Shown: positions 42,247-51,187 of the stretch, piece by piece | Position numbering within the stretch: the stretch's first letter is position 1 | Layout: each line of letters opens with the position of its first letter | NCBI GenBank assembly: GCA_029266945.1 | Contig: JARIED010000023.1 | Coordinates: 34,491 to 98,490, forward strand | DNA: 64,000 bases | Direction: 5' to 3' | Source of the DNA: Slackia sp. | GTDB lineage: Bacteria; Actinomycetota; Coriobacteriia; Coriobacteriales; Eggerthellaceae | Position numbers and translations under genes: made by a program | Notes under the pieces: model-generated | What the model saw: the letters and a program-made list of their open reading frames with translations, nothing else | The model's database searches: none | What the model was told of the DNA's origin: nothing

Positions 42247-42294
42247 CCTGTTACTTAGAGTAACTATCAAACTTTAAGTAACAGGCTTTCTTAC
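42247..42294 (+). terminator. Hairpin followed by a T-rich tract in the AT-rich junction
   Basis: CCTGTTACTTA (42247-42257) pairs with TAAGTAACAGG (42275-42285) and is followed by CTTTCTT. Confidence 0.45.
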
Positions 42295-42339
42295 AAGATG
42301 TTTACTTACTAAATATGTGTTCCATTCTCAAAGAAAGTA

Positions 42340-43632
42340 TTATTTCTTGAACCTGATCGAGAAGTTCACCGGCAGCAGATATTCGCCGTCGCTTTTCTCG
42401 ATAAGGCTCCAGCCATACTTCTTGGCGCTGACGTATTCGAACACCGTATTGCGGAACAGGTATTCCCTGAATTCCTCACGGTCGTTGGCGTGATAGCACA
42501 GCACGTCGCCATCGGGCTTCACCACGATATAGCCGCCATTGACTTGCTCGATGCCGTCCCACGGCTTGGTCGCCGACATGCCCGAGAACGCGGCGTACAG
42601 AAAATCCTTCATGGCTTTCTCATACACAGCCGCGGCGACGGCGGGCGGATAGCGCATCGGATTCTGCTCGGCAACCGATGCCGTGATAGCCGCCACGTCG
42701 GACGTCGTCGCGCCGCCGATGAAGCGCTCGCGCACGCACGCCGCGACGATTTCCAGCATGCCTTCGCGGATGAACAGCAGATTGCGCTCGAACGATCCCG
42801 CATTGCGGGCACGGGCGAAACTGACGCGCAGCCCGTGCTCGTCGAAAAACGGCTGGCAGCAGGCAAACCATCCCCTGTTGCCGCGAGCGTCATGCAACGC
42901 GTTGAATTCCTTCATCAAAGCGTCGTCGCAATGCGCGACCCAGTACAGAAGCGGCGCGGAAGGGCTTGCGTTGAACAGCGTCGCAGGGCTGCCGAACTGC
43001 GATTTGACCGAGAATCCCATCCTGTTGACCAGGGCATTGCGGCCGTCGCGCGTCTCGATGACGATATCGGCCTTGCCGCCGAACGCCTTATCGTGCCCCT
43101 GAACTCCAGGCGCCTTGGGATTACGCACGCCGATCGAATCGACGAAATCGCACACCTCGACGGGAGCATGCATGGTTTTCGCGCCGGTCGACGACGATGT
43201 CAGGCGATCGAACAAGATTCGAGCCGCCCGTTCGCAATCGGCCATAGAGACCGTCTGCACGGAGCCGCTCGGCCCCGCCGCATCATCGGCGTCGAACTCG
43301 CCTGCGGAATCTCCTTCGCAGGAAAAAAGCGACGTTTGATGCGCTGCGTCGGCAGAAACGTCTCGATGTTTCGTTGCAGGAACGGCCGCAGCGCTCGGTG
43401 CGTCGCCCCGACGCACCGCGACCGTTTCCGTTGCGGAGTCCACTTCGTAAACGGTAGGCTCGCCCGCCGCCTCGCACCGCAAAATCTTCGAAACTTCGAG
43501 AAGCGAGTCCGTCTTGCAGTTCAGGTCGCTATCGGCAGCGTGAAGCCTCCCTGTGCCGAGCAGGCGCAGAAACACGTAAAGCTCGGCCCATTCCCCCCTG
43601 TTGTATTCCTGGTCGTGAATGCGCTTGTCCAT
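42340..43632 (-). CDS. Type II restriction endonuclease, HpaII-like (tentative family)
   Basis: 430 aa. The N-terminal NRGEWAELYVFLRLLGTG resembles the HpaII-family N-terminus as I recall it. It lies immediately downstream of a C5-MTase gene (29-nt gap). GGGAAGGAA SD upstream. Confidence 0.68.
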   Translation of the reverse strand: MDKRIHDQEYNRGEWAELYVFLRLLGTGRLHAADSDLNCKTDSLLEVSKILRCEAAGEPTVYEVDSATETVAVRRGDAPSAAAVPATKHRDVSADAAHQTSLFSCEGDSAGEFDADDAAGPSGSVQTVSMADCERAARILFDRLTSSSTGAKTMHAPVEVCDFVDSIGVRNPKAPGVQGHDKAFGGKADIVIETRDGRNALVNRMGFSVKSQFGSPATLFNASPSAPLLYWVAHCDDALMKEFNALHDARGNRGWFACCQPFFDEHGLRVSFARARNAGSFERNLLFIREGMLEIVAACVRERFIGGATTSDVAAITASVAEQNPMRYPPAVAAAVYEKAMKDFLYAAFSGMSATKPWDGIEQVNGGYIVVKPDGDVLCYHANDREEFREYLFRNTVFEYVSAKKYGWSLIEKSDGEYLLPVNFSIRFKK

Positions 43633-43661
43633 GCGCGGATTCCTTCCCTGCGCGGCAGATG

Positions 43662-44714
43662 CTAGTCCCGCGCCTCGAGTACCGCGCGGACTTCGCGCGC
43701 GATGGCCTCGATCACAGGCACGGTGACGCTGTTGCCGAGCTGCTTGTACAGATGCGTATCGGACAACGGCAGCTTATACGAATCGGGAAAACCCTGCAGG
43801 CGCGCCCATTCGCGCGGTGTGAGCTTGCGAATGTCGGCATCGTTGATCTTGCCCTTGATCGCCGTGGTGGGCACCATGCTGTGCTCGCGATGGTCGGCGA
43901 TCAGGTTGCGCTCGCGACCCATGCCGCCGCACACGATGGCGCCCGATTTGCCATCGAGGGGACGCACCATGTAGCCGAATCCGTTGCCGCGCGAGCGATG
44001 GCGCTGCTTATGACGTTCGAGCGTCGCGAGATACGTATCCGACAGGTAGTAGCGCGACGGGATGGGCGCGTCTTCCAGAATGTCGGCCAACACGACGCCT
44101 GCATCGGTAGGTTCGGGGAAGCGAAACGCGCTCGAGTCCACGTCGTTGCGAAACGCCACGATGTAAATGCGTTCGCGATTCTGCGCCACACCGTAATCCT
44201 TGCTGTTCAGCACGGCGTCGTACACGGTATAGCCGATCTGTTCGAGCGCGCCCCTGATCACCTTCAACGTGCGGCCTTTGTCATGCATGACCAGGCCTTT
44301 CACGTTTTCGCAGAAAATGACGCTCGGCTTATGATACTCGCAGATGCGCAACACGTCGAAGAACAACGTGCCGCGGCTGCGGCCTTTGAAGTTGTCGTCG
44401 AAGCCCATCTTCGAACCCGCGATCGAAAACGCCTGGCACGGAAAACCCGCCAGGCAGATATCGAACGGCGGAATATCGTCGGCCGAAATCTGCGTGATGT
44501 CGCCGTACACGTACGGCTCGGAGCACATAGGCTCCTTCGACGAGCACGGCGCCGAGGGCGTATCGAAATTGGCCGCATAGGTCTTCACCGCGTGCTCGTC
44601 GAACTCGCTCGCGAACACCGTTTCCACGCCGTCGCCGAACGCTGCCTCGAAGCCCATGCGAATACCGCCGATGCCGGCGAAAAGATCGATCGTTTTCAAG
44701 GCCTTAGAACTCAA
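43662..44714 (-). CDS. DNA (cytosine-5)-methyltransferase
   Basis: Motifs I (DLFAGIGG), IV (GFPCQAFS), VI (ENVKGL), VIII (QNRERIY) and X (GNSVTVPV). A TTG start is proposed 4 nt after GGAAGGAG. The track ORF extends upstream to 44984 with an Arg-rich extension. Confidence 0.9.
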   Translation of the reverse strand: MSSKALKTIDLFAGIGGIRMGFEAAFGDGVETVFASEFDEHAVKTYAANFDTPSAPCSSKEPMCSEPYVYGDITQISADDIPPFDICLAGFPCQAFSIAGSKMGFDDNFKGRSRGTLFFDVLRICEYHKPSVIFCENVKGLVMHDKGRTLKVIRGALEQIGYTVYDAVLNSKDYGVAQNRERIYIVAFRNDVDSSAFRFPEPTDAGVVLADILEDAPIPSRYYLSDTYLATLERHKQRHRSRGNGFGYMVRPLDGKSGAIVCGGMGRERNLIADHREHSMVPTTAIKGKINDADIRKLTPREWARLQGFPDSYKLPLSDTHLYKQLGNSVTVPVIEAIAREVRAVLEARD

Positions 44715-45012
44715 AGCGCTCCTTCCGATGGGCGGTCGGCATGATGGAAAACGCCGACGCGACAGGCCGGCGAGAAGACACGAACTATGTATTGTAGTGC
44801 GTCGCGGCGCACGATGAAACAAGAAGCGGGCCGCTCCGAAAAACAACCCGATCCGCAGCATGACGCGCCATCGATGCGCCAGGATCGTGCTTCCGATTAG
44901 CTGTCCACATCGGAAGCACGTCTCCGACGGCATGCGCGGGCAGATGCGCGGCCGCAACCGCGAACCTGGAAGGCACGTCCGCATCGTACGAACACGCCCT
45001 GCGCGGCGCGAT

Positions 45013-45048
45013 AGAAAAAGAAAGCCCGCCTCCGAAGAAGCGGGCTTT
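45013..45048 (-). terminator. Intrinsic terminator of the rplM-rpsI operon
   Basis: On the minus strand, AAAGCCCGC-loop-GCGGGCTTT is followed by CTTTTTCT. Confidence 0.72.
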
Positions 45049-45074
45049 CGAACCGACGGAATAACGCGGTAAGC

Positions 45075-45467
<393 letters not shown>

Positions 45468-45469
45468 TG

Positions 45470-45907
45470 TTAGTTCTCCTCCATCTTGATCTCACGGGGA
45501 TTCTGAGCAGCATGCGGATGCTCAGAGCCGACGTACACCTTCAGCTTCTTGCCCTGGGCGCGACCAAGCGTGTTCTTGGGCAGCATGCCCTTGACAGCGT
45601 GCTCGATGACGCGCTCGGGATGCTTCTGCATAGCCTCGGCGAAGGTTTCCATCTTCAGGCCGCCGGGATAACCGGAGTGACGGTAGTATTCCTTGCTGGT
45701 GGCCTTGGTGCCCGTCATGCGGATCTTGTCAGCATTGAGAATGATGACGAAATCGCCGGTGTCGACATGGGGGGTGTACTGCGGCTTGTGCTTACCCTTC
45801 AGAATGTGGGCGGCTTTGGCAGCAACGCGACCCAGCACCTGGTCAGTGGCGTCAATGACGAACCACTCGCGCGCAACCTCCTGCGGCTTTGCGTAATACG
45901 TCTTCAC
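45470..45907 (-). CDS. rplM: 50S ribosomal protein L13
   Basis: [19 protein letters not shown]..., GRVA...[19 protein letters not shown] start 5 nt after GGAGG. The track ORF starts 4 codons further upstream at a TTG. Confidence 0.95.
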   Translation of the reverse strand: MKTYYAKPQEVAREWFVIDATDQVLGRVAAKAAHILKGKHKPQYTPHVDTGDFVIILNADKIRMTGTKATSKEYYRHSGYPGGLKMETFAEAMQKHPERVIEHAVKGMLPKNTLGRAQGKKLKVYVGSEHPHAAQNPREIKMEEN

Positions 45908-46230
45908 TGTATCCTCCAATAGATTTCTTTTTGTTCTAGTTCAAAAGTGCTGGCAACAAGACTGCTCGGGTTCCTACGCCAAGCCGACGCTTCTAGATCT
46001 GGACTTCCATTCACGTCGTGTCCCGTTTTTGCGCAGCAAGTACGGGGCTTTTGAAAGCGAACTTTTACAGTATAGGAATCGTACTCGGCGCCGTCAATAA
46101 GCCTTCATGAAAAATCGACTGCATTTTTCGGCTATGACGTGCGGTTTCTTTTAGTAACTAGGGTGCGCGCGCAACCGTTTCGAGCAAGGCCGCGACAAGA
46201 GGGCGACCGCCGCGCGCATCTCCTTCCGCA

Positions 46231-46262
46231 GAAAAAGAGACCAGAGGCGAACTCCGGTCTCT
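46231..46262 (-). terminator. Intrinsic terminator downstream of the dmsC-like gene
   Basis: On the minus strand, AGAGACCGGAG-ttcgc-CTCTGGTCTCT (one mismatch) is followed by TTTTTC. Confidence 0.6.
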
Positions 46263-46295
46263 GAAGGGTCGAATGCCGCCTTCGTTCTTTTCCGC

Positions 46296-47180
46296 CTACA
46301 TCACGAAGGTCAGCGGCACGGCGGCCATCACCACCAAGTAGCGCAGCATAAAGCCGCCGACCAGAACGCCCGCATCGGACGCGAAGCCGATCCAATGCGC
46401 CTTGCGGCTTTCCTCGAATTCCTTCGACGTGAAGAACAGCAGCCACGTCTCGAGCACCGTGGGAAGAACCAGCCCGACGAACACCAGGCCGACCCAGAAC
46501 CACACGGCCCATTCGCCCGATACCAAGCTCACGACGGACTCGAAACCGGCGGTCGAATCGAATGCGGTGATGAAGCACAGCGAAGCGACCAGCAGCATCT
46601 CGATGATCGGCAAGCAGAAGTGGAATTTCTTCAGCACGCCCGCTTTGTCGAACTCGTCGGCATGGCGCACCACGGCCGCCAGCAAAACCGATGCCGCGCC
46701 CGCGGAAAGGGCCGACACCGTGAACAGCACGGGTAGAAGCGCATTATTCCACAGGGGGTAAGTGCTGCACACGCCAAGCAGCGCGCCGGTATAGCCCGCC
46801 ACGCACAGCGCCGCCACGGCGCCCGCCACCTCAAGCCAACCCGGCACCTTCTTCTTCATGAAGTCGAACACCGCGGTGACCAGGGCCGCCGCCATGAAAA
46901 CGCTCAAGAAGACCACGCCCCACGTCATGACCGAGCCGAAGTTGCTCAGCAATAGCGCGAAACGCAGGGGATTATGCAAGCAGGCCTCGGCGTCCACCAT
47001 CAAAAGCACCAATCCGATCGCCACCGCGATAGGCGCGATGACGTGGCCGGCGCGGCGCATGCCGCGAGCCTCGGGGTGGCGCCAACGCAAAAACGCCAAC
47101 GTGATACAGGCGCCTGCACCCAGGCCCGCAAGGAATAGACACCACGCGATCGGCGCGCCCCATACAGGTTCGATAGACAT
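46296..47180 (-). CDS. DmsC/NrfD-like membrane anchor subunit
   Basis: 294 aa with about 8 TM segments. The N-terminus WGAPIAWCLFLAGLGAG is typical of DmsC/NrfD anchors. It is last in the dmsABC-like string. Confidence 0.8.
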   Translation of the reverse strand: MSIEPVWGAPIAWCLFLAGLGAGACITLAFLRWRHPEARGMRRAGHVIAPIAVAIGLVLLMVDAEACLHNPLRFALLLSNFGSVMTWGVVFLSVFMAAALVTAVFDFMKKKVPGWLEVAGAVAALCVAGYTGALLGVCSTYPLWNNALLPVLFTVSALSAGAASVLLAAVVRHADEFDKAGVLKKFHFCLPIIEMLLVASLCFITAFDSTAGFESVVSLVSGEWAVWFWVGLVFVGLVLPTVLETWLLFFTSKEFEESRKAHWIGFASDAGVLVGGFMLRYLVVMAAVPLTFVM

Positions 47181-47186
47181 CCTTCA

Positions 47187-47495
47187 TCACCTCACGTAGT
47201 AGACCTTGGACTTGGTCGGATCGCCCACGATGGACCGAGCATTCGTCTCGACGATGCGCTTGGAGATATCGGACTCGGGGTCGTCCAGGTCGCCGAACAT
47301 GCGCACGCCCGCGGGACAGGCCGTCAAGCACGTGGACATGCCCTCTTCGAGCGGCGCATACAGCGTGCAGAAACGATACTTGTCCACCACGCCCGTGCGA
47401 TGGTCCACAACACGCGCCTGATACAGGCAGGCGGCCATGCGATATTTGCAGCCGATGCACCTCGTAGTGTCGATAAGCATTCCGTAACGAGCCAT
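47187..47495 (-). CDS. Degenerate, internally shortened DmsB-like ferredoxin subunit (probably non-functional)
   Basis: Only 102 aa, against about 200 for DmsB-type subunits. The N-terminal GMLIDTTRCIGC and C-terminal CLTACPAGVRMFGDLDDP...VYYV ends are retained, but only 6 Cys remain instead of 16. The ATG overlaps the dmsA stop (TAATG). Confidence 0.6.
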   Translation of the reverse strand: MARYGMLIDTTRCIGCKYRMAACLYQARVVDHRTGVVDKYRFCTLYAPLEEGMSTCLTACPAGVRMFGDLDDPESDISKRIVETNARSIVGDPTKSKVYYVR

Positions 47496-49673
47496 TAGGC
47501 ACCCACCTTCTTCACGTTCACGAAAACTTCCTGCAGCATGCCGGAACCAGATTCGGGCTCAGCCTGGCGCGTGACGAGCGCCTTATGCAACGCGCCGAAC
47601 CCGAATGCCGTGCGAATCTCTTCCGATTCGCAGCCATAATGCGGCGGCAGATACACGGCGTCGGGACGAATGCGGCCGGTCACGCGAACCTTCACCTGCA
47701 CCGATCCGCTATCGTTCGAAAGCTCCACCACGTCGCCGTCCTCGATGCCGAGCTCTGCGGCGCGCGACGTCACCATCCAAACGTGGTCGGCTTCGAAATC
47801 CTTCGCGAGCTGCGCCAGCTTATCGCTCGCCATGGTGTAGGTCTTGCTCTGGAATACCTGGTCGCCCGTGATCAGACGCAACGATTCGCCGGAGGCGGAC
47901 ACGGCCAGCTCGATCCATGCGGGAACGGCAGACATGCCGCCCGCCGCGTAGGCCTCGCACGCGAACTCGATTTTGCCCGACTTCGTAGCGAACGCCGGAA
48001 CGTTGCCGAATTCGAGCTCGCAACCAGGGATAGGGGCCAAGCCATCGGATTTCAGCGCATCGTAGGAAACGCCGTAAGCCGCGCAGTACGTCTCGTTGAG
48101 CTGGTCGAGCGTGAAAGAGAAGTATTCGCCCAAACCGCATGCCTCGGCCAGGTCGACGATGATTCGATACGTCGGCTTGGTCTCGGGATGCACCTGGTCG
48201 ATCACGGGATTGCGCAGCGTGGCCACGGTCGCAGGAGCGGTAGCGGTGCCCACGATGCCGCGACGCTCGAGATAGGTCGTCTCGGGCAGCACATAGTCGG
48301 CCGTTTTGGCGGTTTCAGTCATGAAGCTGTCGACGACCACCTTGAAGTCGTTTTTTCCCACATCCTGCGCAGTCATCGCGGCCTGAGGATAGTCGACAAG
48401 AGGATTGCTGCCGAAGAACAACGCCACGTCGAGCGCGCCCTCGGCGGGCGCGGCCATGACGGCCTGGCAATCGTTTGCATACATATAAGCAAGAGGATGC
48501 ACGCCCGCGCCGATTGCATAGCTTTGCGGATAGCCGACGGGCTTGAACACCGTCGGATCGAACGCGCTGTCGTCGACCCACGGGCCCAGCGGGAACACCC
48601 AGCCGCCCTTCTGGTTGAAGCTGCCCAGCATCGCATTAAGCAAAATGATGCCACGCACGGTTTCGGCACTGTTGCGGTAGCCGCTTCCTACGGCGCCGGC
48701 CCACTGCATGTCCACATAGCAATGCGGCGCGGCGGCGGCCAAGCCTTCGGCGATCTCGGCGATTTTGGCCTCAGGAATGCCGGTCCTCCCGCTCGCCCAG
48801 GCGGCATCATAGGAGCGCACGCTTTCGGCGAAAGCCTCGAATCCCGATCCGTTGGCCTCGACGAACGCCTTATCGTAGAAATCGTTGTTCAACAAGTGCC
48901 CCATCACGCCCAGGAGGAACGCAAGCTCGAAGCCGGGGCGGACGCACACCCATTCATCGGCCAATGTGCCGATGCTCGGCAAACGAGGGTCTACGACGAC
49001 CACTTTACCGCCGTTTTCGCGAACGCGGATCACTTCCTCGGTCTCCGCAGGGCGCACGCCCTCGTAGTAGTTCTTGTCCAGAAGGACGATATATTTCGAT
49101 CCCTCGGCATGCGGCGCGGGGAACACGCCCAAGGTATTCGTTATGCCGGTAAGGATGTCCATGTCGGTCAGCACGGTATCGGTGTAGTAGTTCGCCGACC
49201 CCAGCGCGTTCATGAAGCGCTGGGCGTAATACTGGTCGGTCGCTCGAGAATCCTGGAACAACGCCACGCGGACGGTTCGGCCTCATTGATACGGACCGCG
49301 ATATCGACGATCGCCTCGTCCCACGATACGGCGGAGAAATTGCCCTGGCCGTCGTTTTTCAGCGGCGTGGTCAAGCGGTCTTCGGAATAGGCGACCGCCG
49401 TGTACCTCAAGCCGCGCACGCACAGATACCCATGCGCGAACGGATGGTCCTCGAGTCCCATGAAGCACCACAGGGCGCCGTCCCGCGTCCAAGCCCCATG
49501 CCGCATTTGTTGCCGCAACCATCGCACGTCGTCGCCGCGTATCCCACGACGAGGTCTTCGCCCCAAGCGAAAGCCTCGGGGCGTCTGCCGCCCACGCCGC
49601 CGAACGCGACCGCCGCGCCGGCTGCAGCGCCTGCAGCGAGAAACGAACGTCTCGCAAGAGCACTACTCGGCAT
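47495..49673 (-). pseudogene. Molybdopterin (bis-MGD) oxidoreductase catalytic subunit, DmsA family, disrupted by two -1 nt frameshifts
   Basis: Three frames join into one protein: a TAT signal and FeS motif (RRSFLAAG..., TTCDGCGNKCGMG), then AWTRDG...HPFAHGYLCVRG...DRLTTPL...SWDEA, then AVALFQDS... through to the end. The breaks are at the C4 run 49494-49497 and near 49267. AAGGGGGA SD upstream. Confidence 0.8.
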
Positions 49674-49946
49674 AAATCGATCCCCCTTGCGTTGTCGGTT
49701 GATTGGTTCGCGCTGCGTCGACGGACAAGGCCATGGTCCCCGCCGATGCGGCGCAAACGCATTATCACCGGTCGAAAACCGTCTTCGCATGCCCCATTTG
49801 AGGGAAAATAGCGACTCTACCCCCTTAGTGAGTATGCATTTGTACTGGGGTTTTAAGAAAATAGCACCTCGCAGCCGCAATAAAATGCAGTCGGAATCGC
49901 CCTTGATATACTTAACCGCCGACACGACCGTCGAAAGGAAATATCC

Positions 49947-51187
49947 GTGCATTCGCCTCTTCCGAAGCTTCGTTCGCTCACGGCCTACGCCGCGCCTATC
50001 CCGATCATCGCAGGCCCGGCCCTTTCCCATATCGCAATAATCATGTCGGGGCTCGGCGGACTCGCGAGCGGATTCGAGGTGCTGAGCAGCTGACTCGGAA
50101 CGGGCATCGCCTCCGTGCCGATATTCATCGCCACGCTCGCGCTCTACAAGGCGCACAACCCCTCTTTTTTTCGAAAAGGTCCATCGATGCCGCATTCTTC
50201 ATATCGATCGCCGTACAGTGCGCATCCATCGCGGCGCTCGGCCTCCTTGCGGCGAAAGCGCCTTCCGCATCCATCGGGCTTCCCGCGATAACGTCGCTTT
50301 CCAGCTGGATATCGATTCTCTCATGGCTGCGCCGCATGCAAGCGGTATCGTCGATCGCCGCCGTCTCCACTACGCTCAGCGCGGTCATGACGGGCTTGGT
50401 CTGGTATTTGATCATGGCGTTTTCCCATTATGGAACCAAGGACCCCTTCTTCTACGGGCTGGCTGGATAGCTCGCCTATCTCCTCCCGCGCGCGCTTGTG
50501 CAAATCGTCGTCGGACACACCCCCGGCCCGTTCCTCAGCGACCCCGCTCTTTTGGCCGCGCTATCGGGAGCCATGATTTTGGCATCGATGCAATTCGTCT
50601 TCGTCAGACTGCTGAAGACCGCACACAGCGACACCGACGCGGCTCAAGAGAGCACACAACGCCTCGAAGAGCTGCTCGGCCTGAAGGGCGCGCAAATGAG
50701 CGGTGCCTCCATGCGTAAAGAGCTGATTTTGCACGATGCGGAAAAGCCGCAAAAGGAATTCGGACTGTCCGACCGCGAGGCGGAGGTGATCGGCTTGTAT
50801 GCCCTCGGCAAGACGCAGCAAGCGATTGCCGAAGACCTCTGCATCACCCCCGCCACGGTACGCGTGCATATCAAGCATGTTTACGCGAAGACCGACCTGC
50901 ATTCTCACCAGGAAACCATCGATCGAATGAACAGCTTTCGACGGCGGCGGCTCGATGCGACGCGCATGCCAAGACGCGCACGCCCGCCCCCTTTCAGCCC
51001 CTCAACGCAAAGCAGCCCCGTTCCGGTCGAAACCGGAACGGGGGCCGATGCAGTTACGCATGACAAAAGGAGGGGAACGGCGTCCCAAACGACGCCGAGT
51101 CGGGCGGGCGGCGAGCCTCAGGCTTGGGGAGGGATCGACGGCCCGCCGCCGCATGCCCCGCTTCGGAAGGATAGCCGGAAAGGCTAG
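49947..51187 (+). pseudogene. Membrane-associated LuxR-family regulator, disrupted (in-frame TGA, frameshift in a T7 run, in-frame TAG)
   Basis: GTG at 49947 behind GAAAGGAAA. Hydrophobic segments continue across the TGA at 50091-50093. The frame shifts at the T-run 50165-50171. A TAG at 50468-50470 is in frame with the C-terminal HTH (LSDREAEVIGLYALGKTQQAIAEDLCITPATVRVHIKHVY). Confidence 0.65.
51015..51044. terminator. Strong hairpin in the convergent region (LuxR pseudogene / SUOX-like operon)
   Basis: 13-bp stem GCCCCGTTCCGGT-cgaa-ACCGGAACGGGGC. There is only a weak T-tract (CTGCTTTGCGTT) on the minus strand. Confidence 0.45.

Noticed and set aside
44715-44984. N-terminal extension of the methyltransferase ORF (440-aa version)
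   Set aside because: The extension is Arg-rich and precedes motif I by about 90 residues without any known domain. A TTG just after GGAAGGAG gives a 350-aa protein, the size of typical monospecific C5-MTases. The start codon remains uncertain.
45040-45062. tRNA-like GGTTCGAA box (minus strand)
   Set aside because: There is no flanking T-stem, acceptor arm or anticodon arm. The sequence is simply adjacent to the rpsI terminator hairpin. No other tRNA-like cloverleaf was noticed in the intergenic regions.
49407-50195. 262-aa minus-strand ORF taken at face value as a gene
   Set aside because: Only its last 90 codons or so (from the ATG at 49673) encode recognisable sequence, namely the Tat signal and first FeS motif of the DmsA-like pseudogene. 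The upstream part crosses an AT-rich promoter region and overlaps the LuxR pseudogene.
50091-50470. Programmed recoding (selenocysteine at TGA 50091, read-through at TAG 50468) in the LuxR-like gene
   Set aside because: No SECIS-like hairpin follows the TGA. A transcription regulator has no reason to need Sec or Pyl. A frameshift and neighbouring damaged genes make ordinary pseudogenisation the simpler explanation.
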